From positions 3,296,001-3,360,000 of the forward strand of contig OY970194.1 in the NCBI GenBank assembly GCA_963708075.1: a stretch of DNA of 64,000 nt, read 5' to 3'. The DNA comes from Sedimentisphaerales bacterium (lineage in GTDB: Bacteria > Planctomycetota > Phycisphaerae > Sedimentisphaerales > Anaerobacaceae). The position numbers were made by a program, and so were the translations under genes. Below the pieces are notes generated by a model. The model saw only the letters and a program-made list of their open reading frames with translations, was not told the DNA's origin and made no database searches. Each line of letters starts with the position of its first letter. Within the stretch, counting starts at the first letter, position 1. Positions 29,401 to 37,393 of this stretch are shown one piece after another.

Positions 29401-30281
29401 AGGTCACCCTAACGTGGACCGCATCGGCGGATAATACTGCGGTCGCGGGGTACAAGGTGTACCGCGACGACGCTCGGATCGGCTTTTCGTCCACGTCCTC
29501 CTTCGTGGATGCCCAGGTGGAGGCCGGCAAGAGTTACGTCTACGAGGTCTCCGCTTATGATACCGCCGGGAACGAATCGCTCCGGTCGACGGCGCTGGTG
29601 GTGGCCGTATCCACGCCAAACACCGAGAGCGACCTGCTGGGATACTGGAAATTCGATGAGAGCGCCGGCAACGTGGCGATAGACGCCTCGGACTACGCCC
29701 ACTACGGGACCCTCTTCAAGGCCGTGCGGGTTCCGGGCAAGAGCGGAAGGGCCCTGGATTTCGGCGGGTTCGGCAACTACGTGCAGATTCAGTCAGACCC
29801 GATCCTTGACAACCTGGAGGCGGTGACGATGACTGCGTGGATTTACCCGCGCGTGGACGCCCACTGGCACGTGCTCGACAAGGGCGACGGCGACAAGCGG
29901 CTCTTTGCGGAGGGAACGCGCCTGAGCATCGATGGCAGGGTTCGCTACAGCGGCACGCACGCCTACTCCGCCAGTGCGTCCGGTACAGTCATGCTCAACA
30001 CGTGGCAGCACGTGGCGCTGGTCTGGAGCCGCACGACGAACAGGACCCGCTTGTACCACAACGGCCTTGAGGTCCGTTATGACATCCAGGAAACCGGCTC
30101 CGGCGCTCCGCAGGAAGACGGGGACTTTCCCTTTACAATCGGGGCCCGGGGCGCGCTCGGCGACGTGACCTTCTTCGATGGCCTGATGGATGAGGTCCGC
30201 CTCTACAATCGATCCCTGAGCGTCCAGGAGATCGCGGACATCTGCGGCGTGGTGGTGGTCCCGCCGCGTCCGAAGCGGTAG
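26484..30281 (+). CDS. Secreted multidomain protein: SBBP beta-propeller repeats, clan-A (GH30-like) TIM barrel, FN3 and LamG-like domains
   Basis: Repeated STFLGG..D....I.VD..G.VYV.G..DFPTT; QTIKGW..RVRL..LEPD..YHRY..MLE; DQAPSAP..SAYDTAGNES; GYWKF..WQHVA..MDEVRLY; start uncertain. Confidence 0.78.
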   Translation: MALSCTRDRLRGHRQYDLCDRFYVSMFLLLGWITPVFAGDSYDLVFSTYFGGGDWEHARDAYGDANGNVYVCGGAASRDFPTTAGACDRTFNFGDTSGEECDAFICKFGPDSRLIWSTFLGGPGYDRAYGIEVDAQGYVYVAGRAGRDFPTTPDAFQPTFQGYNGGGYGGYQNAFVAKLSPDGSTLLWASYVGVAQLCRDIAIDARGDIYLPLGNPDKGALPPGEWFANAFQKTPQGGMDCGAIKVAGDGSRVLWATWLGGSGLDEGAASIRVGPDGKVFIGGSTFSEDFPTTEGAHDRTYNGEADFFVACLTPNGSSLVYGTYLGGDGNEWISTHNLAVDAQGNAYVAVPTSSTNYPVTRGAFQKGLRGGNTDWAISKLSPTGGLLASTLVGGNGDENADGVYVDAAGNVFVTGETKSTDFPVTAGAYQKQTGGGSDAAIILLSADFSRLLYATYLGGPANDNGRSGFLGGDGSMYVVGASDGAGWPAKNAFQAAFGGGGGGYGNGDCILARLAPPSTIAVDPRTTYQTIKGWEAVAFALDPGNAAYPNFKDTLFNLVVNDVGINRVRLEIRSGVENSNDNWSGYQAGTIDYQTWRSRRYATINDDADPQTINPAGFHFSEMDNAIDRVVNPLRQAMEANGDRLCVNVNYVAFTAQITQGVYIHNDPAEYAEFVLATYLHLQEKYGWVPDLWEVILEPDNVSQWNGKLIGQAIVAAAERLRAAGFEPAFVAPSNTNMTNAVQYFDQMIAVPGVLPVLRELAYHRYGGVSLESLHAIAARGKQYGIGTSMLEWWSTGNGYATLHDDLKIGNNSAWQQGVLAGAMNSDMSIYQIDDSNAAQPRVLLTDKTKFLRQYYKFVRPGAVRIEAASQQATFDPLAFINADGSYVVVVKCSAGGEFSIGGLAAGTYGIKYTTTAEFDVDLPDQVIQSGQAVVAQIPQAGVLTVYGTPASLDDQAPSAPTELIASGVSASQVTLTWTASADNTAVAGYKVYRDDARIGFSSTSSFVDAQVEAGKSYVYEVSAYDTAGNESLRSTALVVAVSTPNTESDLLGYWKFDESAGNVAIDASDYAHYGTLFKAVRVPGKSGRALDFGGFGNYVQIQSDPILDNLEAVTMTAWIYPRVDAHWHVLDKGDGDKRLFAEGTRLSIDGRVRYSGTHAYSASASGTVMLNTWQHVALVWSRTTNRTRLYHNGLEVRYDIQETGSGAPQEDGDFPFTIGARGALGDVTFFDGLMDEVRLYNRSLSVQEIADICGVVVVPPRPKR

Positions 30282-30286
30282 CCGCA

Positions 30287-31020
30287 CTATGGGGTCCAGT
30301 CGCGGCCTTTGATGCCGTGGATGGTGAGATTGGCGTCGGGCAGGCCGTCGCGTGCGGGACGGATTTCCTCCGCGTGGAGGAAGGCCACATGGCCGTCGGC
30401 GAACAGGAAGTTGCGCGCCCCTGCCAGTTCCACCAGCCCTGCTCCTGGTCGATGGACAGATGGTTGCTCGACCACTCGCCTATGAGGATTTTCTCGGCCG
30501 GGTACGCGACGTTGTCACGCCGCTGCGGGAAGGACGGCTTGATCCTGTTCTTGTCATACGTATCGGCCTTGTCGCTCATGGCGTCGATCTGATCGGGACT
30601 GTGGTAGAACGCCATGGAGTAGGCGTAGCTGGTGGACTCGTACATCGTCGGATTGGCACGGTCCTCGGGACACAGCAGGACGGAGGGGTTATTCACGTCA
30701 ATCACCCCGCCCAGATAGGGTTTCACGAAGGCCCGCCAGCCCCGGCCCATCCACACCCAATAGAAGGGACTACTCGAAACAGGATCTTCGGCGCAGGGCC
30801 AGATGTTGTCGTTGCCGTCGAGGTACATGCTCATCCCGAGCCCGATCTGCTTGAGATTGTGCATACAGCCGGTCCGGTATGCCCGGACTCTCACCAGGCG
30901 AAGAGACGGGATCAGGATCGATAGCAGAACGGAGATGATCGCCAGGACCACGAGCAGCTCAATCAAAGTGAACGCTCGCCATGACGGCGGATTCAGATCT
31001 CTGCTGGACTGTACAGACAT
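30287..31020 (-). pseudogene. Prepilin-type (N-methylation) H-X9-DG-family protein with a one-base frameshift near 30420
   Basis: AFTLIELLVVLAII...CMHNLKQIG; the C-terminal NFLFADGHV is in another frame (ORF 30287..30475); one extra G in the G-run restores the frame. Confidence 0.75.
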
Positions 31021-31079
31021 TCATCACTCCCTTGACCAAGACATAGTGGATGACGGGCATGTCTCCATCGAGGCGTAAA

Positions 31080-31112
31080 CCATCGGCAAGCTGGCGCTTG
31101 CCGCTGCCACCC
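31080..31112. repeat. Single REP-like copy (GGGTGGCAGCGGCAAG family)
   Basis: ccatcggcaagc-tggc-gcttgccgctgccaccc. Confidence 0.78.
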
Positions 31113-31195
31113 GTCACGATCACTCATCAAATATCGGGCGTCATCGTACCCATCGACGGGCGGGAGTTCAAGGCCGGAATTGCCGGCGCGAGAGC

Positions 31196-33055
31196 TTATT
31201 CGACCGTGACGCTCTTGGCGAGGTTGCGGGGCTTATCGACGTCGTGGCCGCGGAGCACGGCGGCGTGATAGGCCAGCAATTGCAGCGGAATCACCGTGAG
31301 CATCGGCTGGAGCAATTCCGGGGCGTCGGGAATCGTGATCAGATGATCCGCCCGTTCGCGGATGACCTCATCGCCCTCGGTGGCCACGACGATGACCCTG
31401 CCGCCGCGGGCCCGGACCTCCTCGATGTTGCCCATGATTTTGTCGTACTGCGGTCCGGCGGTTGCGATGAAAACAGCCGGCATACCGTCGGCGATCAGGG
31501 CGATTGGGCCATGCTTCATCTCCGCGGCAGGCAGACCCTCCGCGTGGATGTAACTGATCTCCTTGAGCTTCAGGGCCCCTTCCAGGGCGACCGGGTAATT
31601 GAATCCCCTGCCGAGGAACAGCCAATTCTCCTTTTCGATGTTGGCCGCGGCGATCTCGCGAATGTGGTCGGACTGATCGAGGATTTGGCTGATCTTCTCG
31701 GGTATCTGCGAGAGCTCGTCAATATATCGGGCCGCCTCGTCGCTGCTGATATGCCTTCTCCTGCCCAGCTCGATGGCCAGCATGCTCAGCACGGCCACCT
31801 GGCCGGTGAAGGCCTTGGTGCTCGCGACACCGATCTCGGGCCCTACGTGCAGGTAAATGCCCGCATCGGTCGCCCGAGCGATGGAGGAGCCGACAACGTT
31901 GACGACGCCCAGGACGGTCGCCCCGCGCTCCTTGGCCTGCTCGACGGCGGCCAGCGTGTCGGCGGTCTCGCCGGACTGGCTGATGGCGACCACGATCGTG
32001 CCGTCGCCGATGATCGGATTGCGGTAGCGGAACTCGCTGGCATACTCCGTCTCGGCCGGGATGCGCGCCAAGTGCTCCAGGAGGAACTCGCCCACGAGGC
32101 CCGCGTGGAACGCCGTGCCGCACGCCGTGAAGATGACGTGCTTGGTCTGCGTCAACTCGCGGAAGTACTGGGCGATGCCGCCCAGCTTGATCTTCCCGCA
32201 CTGCTTATCGATCCGGCCGCCCATGCACGTGCTGAGCGATTCGGGCTGCTCGAAGATCTCCTTGAGCATGTGATGCTCGAACCCGCCCAGCTCGATCTGA
32301 TCGAGCGAGAACTCGATCTCCTTGAGGTCCTTGGCGACGACGATATTGTCGATTGTCTTAGTATGGAACCCATCGGGTCCGAGCATGACCATTTCGTTGT
32401 CGGATAGATAAATGGCCCGTGTGGTATGCTTGACGATAGCGGCGGCATCGGAGGCGAGGACATACTCGTTGTCCCCCACGCCCAGGATCAGGGGACTGCC
32501 CCGCTTGGCTCCAATGAGCGTATCGGGGAAATCGCAGCAGAGGATGGCCAGGCCGAACGTCCCGTGGAGCTTCTGCAGGGCCTGCTGAACGGCCCACTCG
32601 AACCTGTGCTGCCCGTTCGTTTTGCCGCACCTGTCGTGGTTGGCATAGAGGTAGCCGATCAGGTTCGCGATCACCTCGGTGTCCGTCTCACTGACGAAGG
32701 CAACGCCTTCGCTGCGGAGCCAGGTCCTCAGGGTGCTGTAGTTCTCGATGATCCCGTTGTGGACGACGGCGATCGTGCCTGTGTAGTCGAGGTGAGGATG
32801 AGCGTTGATCGTATTGGGCTCGCCGTGGGTCGCCCACCGCGTATGGCCGATGCCCAACATATCGCAGGTCCGAGGTTCGTCGAGGATCTGCTCCAGGGCG
32901 TTGATGCGGCCGTGGGTCTTCTTGACGCAAAACAGCCCGTCGCTCAGCAGGGCCAGGCCCGCCGAATCATATCCTCTATATTCAAGGCGTTTCAGACCCT
33001 CGACGAGGATCGGCTGAGCCGCCTTTGTTCCCAAGTACGCCACGATGCCGCACAT
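31196..33055 (-). CDS. glmS: Glutamine--fructose-6-phosphate aminotransferase (isomerizing)
   Basis: MCGIV..RLEYRGYDSAG, HTRWATHG, SQSGETADT, VASTKAF, DKPRNLAKSVTVE. Confidence 0.98.
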   Translation of the reverse strand: MCGIVAYLGTKAAQPILVEGLKRLEYRGYDSAGLALLSDGLFCVKKTHGRINALEQILDEPRTCDMLGIGHTRWATHGEPNTINAHPHLDYTGTIAVVHNGIIENYSTLRTWLRSEGVAFVSETDTEVIANLIGYLYANHDRCGKTNGQHRFEWAVQQALQKLHGTFGLAILCCDFPDTLIGAKRGSPLILGVGDNEYVLASDAAAIVKHTTRAIYLSDNEMVMLGPDGFHTKTIDNIVVAKDLKEIEFSLDQIELGGFEHHMLKEIFEQPESLSTCMGGRIDKQCGKIKLGGIAQYFRELTQTKHVIFTACGTAFHAGLVGEFLLEHLARIPAETEYASEFRYRNPIIGDGTIVVAISQSGETADTLAAVEQAKERGATVLGVVNVVGSSIARATDAGIYLHVGPEIGVASTKAFTGQVAVLSMLAIELGRRRHISSDEAARYIDELSQIPEKISQILDQSDHIREIAAANIEKENWLFLGRGFNYPVALEGALKLKEISYIHAEGLPAAEMKHGPIALIADGMPAVFIATAGPQYDKIMGNIEEVRARGGRVIVVATEGDEVIRERADHLITIPDAPELLQPMLTVIPLQLLAYHAAVLRGHDVDKPRNLAKSVTVE

Positions 33056-33256
33056 ATGTACCCCCTGAAATTCCAGTTTTCAGTATAGAATCGACATCTG
33101 CGGCCCGCTCTCAATAGAAAATGAGGCTCCGCCAATGCTGCTGGGGCATAATTATTATAGGGCAACAGATCGGCTCACATCAAATCATTTCGGCTGAATC
33201 AGCGTATCAGATATTCTCATTTGACGACGTAACTGCTGTCGTAGTAAACTCTTAAG

Positions 33257-33862
33257 ATGATCGTTGTAATTGACTACAGCGTGGGCAACGTCAAAAGCGT
33301 CTGCAACGCGTTTCGTCATATCGGTTGTGAGGTCGAACTGAGTCGGGACCCTGTGAAAATAGGGAAGGCTGCCGGACTGGTTCTTCCGGGCGTGGCAGCG
33401 TTCGGCTACGCCATGGAGGCCCTGGGCTCAGCCGCCGAGCCGGTCAGACAGGCCGCGCTTGCAGGTAAGCCCGTTCTGGGCATCTGCGTCGGCCACCAGA
33501 TGCTTTTCGACCAGAGCTGCGAATACGGCCCGCACAAGGGACTGGGACTCGTCCATGGGGACGTTGTGCCTATCCCGCCCGGGCAGACGGTCCCGCACAT
33601 GGGCTGGAACCTCGTTGAGTTGCCGGAAGATATGGATCTGTTTGCCGACCTGCGTCCGGCGAAGCATTTCTATTTCGCCCATTCCTATCATGCGCAGGTC
33701 AGCGATGGGCAAGTGAAGGTCGCCTATACGGACTACGGATCACCGCTGACAGCCTCCGTGCAGAAGGGAAACATCTACGGCGTGCAGTTCCACCCGGAGA
33801 AAAGCGGCAACCAGGGCTTGCAGGTGCTGAAGAATTTCTATGCAATTTGTGCGAAGCGATAA
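33257..33862 (+). CDS. hisH: Imidazole glycerol phosphate synthase glutaminase subunit
   Basis: IDYSVGN, LPGV, GICVG, PHMGWN, YFAHSY, QFHPEKS. Confidence 0.93.
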   Translation: MIVVIDYSVGNVKSVCNAFRHIGCEVELSRDPVKIGKAAGLVLPGVAAFGYAMEALGSAAEPVRQAALAGKPVLGICVGHQMLFDQSCEYGPHKGLGLVHGDVVPIPPGQTVPHMGWNLVELPEDMDLFADLRPAKHFYFAHSYHAQVSDGQVKVAYTDYGSPLTASVQKGNIYGVQFHPEKSGNQGLQVLKNFYAICAKR

Positions 33863-33867
33863 CGGGT

Positions 33868-33912
33868 ATAGGTCCCATAGGACCTATGGGACTGATAGGA
33901 CGAATAGGACCT
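33868..33912. repeat. Five tandem 9-nt units with internal palindromy
   Basis: ataggtccc ataggacct atgggactg ataggacga ataggacct. Confidence 0.8.
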
Positions 33913-33931
33913 GCCGCCGCGGCTTGACGAG

Positions 33932-34705
33932 GTGTCTCGCGTGTTGACCAAGCGAATCATTCCGTGTCTCGATGTCAAAGACAATCGCGTCGTCAAGGGC
34001 GTCAACTTCCTGAACCTGCGCGACGCGGGCGACCCGGTCGAGCTGGGGGCCCGGTACAGCGATGAGGGAGCTGACGAACTGGTGTTCCTCGATATCACAG
34101 CCACGATTCGCTCTCGCAAGACTATCGTGGACCTCGTTCGGCGGGTGGCGGAGAATGTCTTCATCCCGTTCACCGTCGGCGGCGGCATCCAGACGGTCGG
34201 GCAGATCGACGAGCTGCTGCGAAGCGGCGCCGAGAAGGTCTCGGTCAATACGGCGGCGGTCAAGAATCCCAAGCTGATCGCCGAGGCCGCCAAGCGGTTC
34301 GGCAATCAATGCGTCGTCCTGGCCATTGATGCCCGCCGCTCCAAAACACGAGCGGGACACTGGCAGGTGTGCATCAAGGCCGGCTCGGAGCCGACGGACG
34401 TCGATGTCGTCGAATGGGCCGTGCGAGGCGAGGAGTTGGGGGCCGGCGAGATTCTTCTGACGAGCATGGACGCCGACGGCACTCTGGCCGGCTATGACAA
34501 CGAGCTAAACAGGGCCGTCTCCGACGCCGTCAATATCCCCGTCATCGCCTCGGGCGGCGCCGGCAAACTCGAGCATCTCTACGACGCCGTCGTCAAGGGC
34601 GGCGCCGACGCCGTGCTCATGGCCTCCATCACCCACTTCGGCGATTGCACCATCACTCAGATGAAGGAATACCTCCGCGACCGCGGCCTGCCGATGAACC
34701 TGTAG
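33932..34705 (+). CDS. hisF: Imidazole glycerol phosphate synthase cyclase subunit
   Basis: [53 protein letters not shown]; start may be 33941. Confidence 0.96.
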   Translation: MSRVLTKRIIPCLDVKDNRVVKGVNFLNLRDAGDPVELGARYSDEGADELVFLDITATIRSRKTIVDLVRRVAENVFIPFTVGGGIQTVGQIDELLRSGAEKVSVNTAAVKNPKLIAEAAKRFGNQCVVLAIDARRSKTRAGHWQVCIKAGSEPTDVDVVEWAVRGEELGAGEILLTSMDADGTLAGYDNELNRAVSDAVNIPVIASGGAGKLEHLYDAVVKGGADAVLMASITHFGDCTITQMKEYLRDRGLPMNL

Positions 34706-34877
34706 GTCGGGCTGCCAGCTCCAATTTGACGGCATACCAACCTAAGGTTCGGCGATTACCTTCTTGATCCATTCGTCCTTCAGCAGACGCTCTTTGGTGA
34801 AGGATCATGGTGAATGCGAAGATCATCCCGCTTTGGGGCAGTCTTACGAGAGGAGTCATGCAGTAGCCAATGCCACA

Positions 34878-35807
34878 TCAGGTCGGCCGGTGGAGGAAGC
34901 CGATGGTGGATTCCATGATTCGGGCCTGGAACGCTTCCTGCTTTGTCTCCTGGCTCAGACTCTGGAGGTCGTCAAGGTTGGCCCGGCAGAACCGGCAGCC
35001 GAGGACATTCAGGTGGAACTCCACGTACTTGTGCCAATCAGGTTCCAGTGTCCCGAGCATGTACGCACCGATCGTGTTTCGCTTCGGGCAACTGAATCGA
35101 TGGTACTCCCACAAATCGGTCAGGAGACTCTCGAACTGCTCGGAGGAGTCGATGGGCTGGGAGCTCGACGCAGCAGCTCCGGCATCCGGGTTGTGGCCGA
35201 CGGACTCACGGATCTGCTTGAGGGCCCGGTGTTTGATTAGCGCGACGGCCTTCTCGTCCATACCCATCGTCCGCGCCACGTCCTTGTTGGGGATCTGGCA
35301 GTATAACAGCATCTCGATCACCTGCAGGTCGCGGAATCTCAGGGATTTCTTCAGCGCATCGATCAGTTCCGAGAGCGCCTCGGCCAGCACGGTCCTTTGC
35401 CTATCGTACTGCTCGTCCGCCCGGGCGTACCAGCTCGCCGTCTGGGCCGGGCTTTCTACCACGTCCAGAAGGTCGGAAGGTGCGTCTTCAGCGTCGCTCT
35501 CGCAGGCGTCCTGGATCAGGCAGACGCGCCGAGCCCCGGCGCTGCGATAGCTGTCGATGATCTTACGCCGCAGAAGGGCGAAGAGATAGGTCTCGAGGTC
35601 ACACTCGCCCCGATACCTGGCGATGCTCCGCAAAAACGCGACGAAGGCCTCCTGGACCACATCCTCCGCGTCGGCGCGCTGCGGGAGCTTGGCTCGCGCA
35701 AAGCGGAGCAGCCGGCCCTGGTAACGACTGACGAAATCCGACCAAATCTGCCCGTCGCCCTGCCGAATCCGGTCTAAGAAGTACTGTTCACCCTTGGTAA
35801 CGGCCAT
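34878..35807 (-). CDS. ECF sigma factor with C-terminal zinc-finger-like extension
   Basis: sigma2 DAEDVVQEAF..RRKIIDSYR; sigma4 NKDVARTMGM; tail CPKRNTIGAYMLGTL..HLNVLGCRFC. Confidence 0.88.
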   Translation of the reverse strand: MAVTKGEQYFLDRIRQGDGQIWSDFVSRYQGRLLRFARAKLPQRADAEDVVQEAFVAFLRSIARYRGECDLETYLFALLRRKIIDSYRSAGARRVCLIQDACESDAEDAPSDLLDVVESPAQTASWYARADEQYDRQRTVLAEALSELIDALKKSLRFRDLQVIEMLLYCQIPNKDVARTMGMDEKAVALIKHRALKQIRESVGHNPDAGAAASSSQPIDSSEQFESLLTDLWEYHRFSCPKRNTIGAYMLGTLEPDWHKYVEFHLNVLGCRFCRANLDDLQSLSQETKQEAFQARIMESTIGFLHRPT

Positions 35808-35814
35808 CGCTCTG

Positions 35815-35907
35815 GATTTACGATTTACGATTTATGATTTTTGATTTTTGATTTGAAGGACGCCGCGAACTGTCTTCTTCAAATCAACCATCAACCATCA
35901 ACAATCA
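35815..35907. repeat. AT-rich heptamer-period inverted repeat (intergenic)
   Basis: (gatttac)2 gatttat (gattttt)2 gatttga, spacer, tcaaatc (aaccatc)2 aacaatc. Confidence 0.85.
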
Positions 35908-35917
35908 GACTTCCGCC

Positions 35918-37393
35918 TCATCGGACCACCATGAGGACCGAGACCACGGCGACAATCGCCAGGACGATTCCTGCGATCCTCAACGACCATTCATAATACC
36001 CCATGGTGGCCATGTTGAGGAAGAAGTAAATCGCGCCGATCAGCACGGTCACACCGATGACGGAGAATCCCATGCGGGCCCAGGACTCCCTCATCTTGTG
36101 AGACTCGTGTGCCTTCTGACTGAACAGTTGGGCGAGCTTGGAGCCGGAGACGTCGATGAGCATCGCTTGCCGCCAGATCTTGCCCGCGGACCCTTCGAAG
36201 CTCTGGGCAAACTGGTCCACGACGAAGCCGCCCTTGAGCACATCCGTGGCCGTGATGGCCGGCTGGGGTAATCTGCCTCGTTTACCCAGCACTTCCGTCA
36301 GTCTTGCCCGCGCATCGTCCAAGGCCTGTTGATGCGCTTCTCCTTCGCTCGTGCACGTCCCGACGGAGCGAGTGACAATGAAGTGTTGATCCGGCCGGGT
36401 ACTGGCAAATGTCGCGAAATCCTCCACCCACGGCTTCTCGACAACGCGCTTGCCGGAAGCCATGTGTCCGCCGGCGGTGGATACATTGACCTCAACTCTG
36501 GCGCTTGCCGCCTTGATCTCCGGAGACTTGGCCCAGGGCGCAGGCTGCATATCCGTGTCAACGATGCGAACGGTGATCCCCGTCTCATCCGGCTGGATAT
36601 TTCTTGGCTCCGCCTCGATCGCGCACGTCGCCTCAGGCAGAGATCGCTGGATGGCACTCTTCAGCTCCACGATCAATGCCCGATCATTCTGTTCCTGAAA
36701 CAGGGTAATCTTCGCGGGCGAATTGACATCCGGTGTCAACTTTCGGATCAACCTGTCCAGCCGCGAGCCCATCGCCCGGACGGCCGCTACCTCCGACGGG
36801 TACACCTCCGCCTCCAACTCGCTGTCGATCCCCTCCGCCCAGATGGGCGACGCCACCACAGGCGTTACCGGCCTGGGCGGGACCGGCGTAAGAGCAGGCT
36901 CGGGAGCGCTGGGAGGTTCCTGCACGTAGCTTTCGAATACTCGGTCGAATTCCTGCACGACGGCTTCACTGGTCGCAGAATCTCCAGTCCATTGCTGTCT
37001 GACCGTCGCGCCTGCGCTTTGCGGCGCCGGGTATTCCTCGCTCGTCGGTGCGTAGCTTACGTGACGCGTTCCGACAAAGAAGAGACCCAGCACACCCATG
37101 GCGACGAGCGCGACGATCAGCCCGGCTCCCGCTTTCGGCGCCTTGGCCAGCACGATGACCATCAGAACAAACAGGAACGTGACCGGCACGACAACCAGCG
37201 GGATGATGACTCCCTCGTCATGCCTGAACGCGCCCGTCGTCGCAAGCCACCATAGCACGAGGGGAGCCGGAAGAACCAGGCTACCCACCAACCAAGCGCC
37301 CAATCTCGGCGTCTTGACAACCAGAATGATCAGCAGGACAAAGAGGAACGTCAGTGGCACGATAATTATTGGTATCATCGACTCGGTAATCAT
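35918..37393 (-). CDS. Membrane protein: four N-terminal TMs, large soluble domain, two C-terminal TMs
   Basis: ATG at 37393 overlaps the kinase stop (ATGA); hydrophobic segments at both ends. Confidence 0.8.
   Translation of the reverse strand: MITESMIPIIIVPLTFLFVLLIILVVKTPRLGAWLVGSLVLPAPLVLWWLATTGAFRHDEGVIIPLVVVPVTFLFVLMVIVLAKAPKAGAGLIVALVAMGVLGLFFVGTRHVSYAPTSEEYPAPQSAGATVRQQWTGDSATSEAVVQEFDRVFESYVQEPPSAPEPALTPVPPRPVTPVVASPIWAEGIDSELEAEVYPSEVAAVRAMGSRLDRLIRKLTPDVNSPAKITLFQEQNDRALIVELKSAIQRSLPEATCAIEAEPRNIQPDETGITVRIVDTDMQPAPWAKSPEIKAASARVEVNVSTAGGHMASGKRVVEKPWVEDFATFASTRPDQHFIVTRSVGTCTSEGEAHQQALDDARARLTEVLGKRGRLPQPAITATDVLKGGFVVDQFAQSFEGSAGKIWRQAMLIDVSGSKLAQLFSQKAHESHKMRESWARMGFSVIGVTVLIGAIYFFLNMATMGYYEWSLRIAGIVLAIVAVVSVLMVVR

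Noticed and set aside
33056..33256. glmS ribozyme upstream of glmS
   Set aside because: No recognisable ribozyme core; the region looks like a short AT-rich divergent promoter.
33257..34705. hisH/hisF as LPS-type amidotransferase paralogs (WbuY/WbuZ-like)
   Set aside because: HisF has canonical motifs and there is no adjacent N-acetyl sugar amidotransferase gene.
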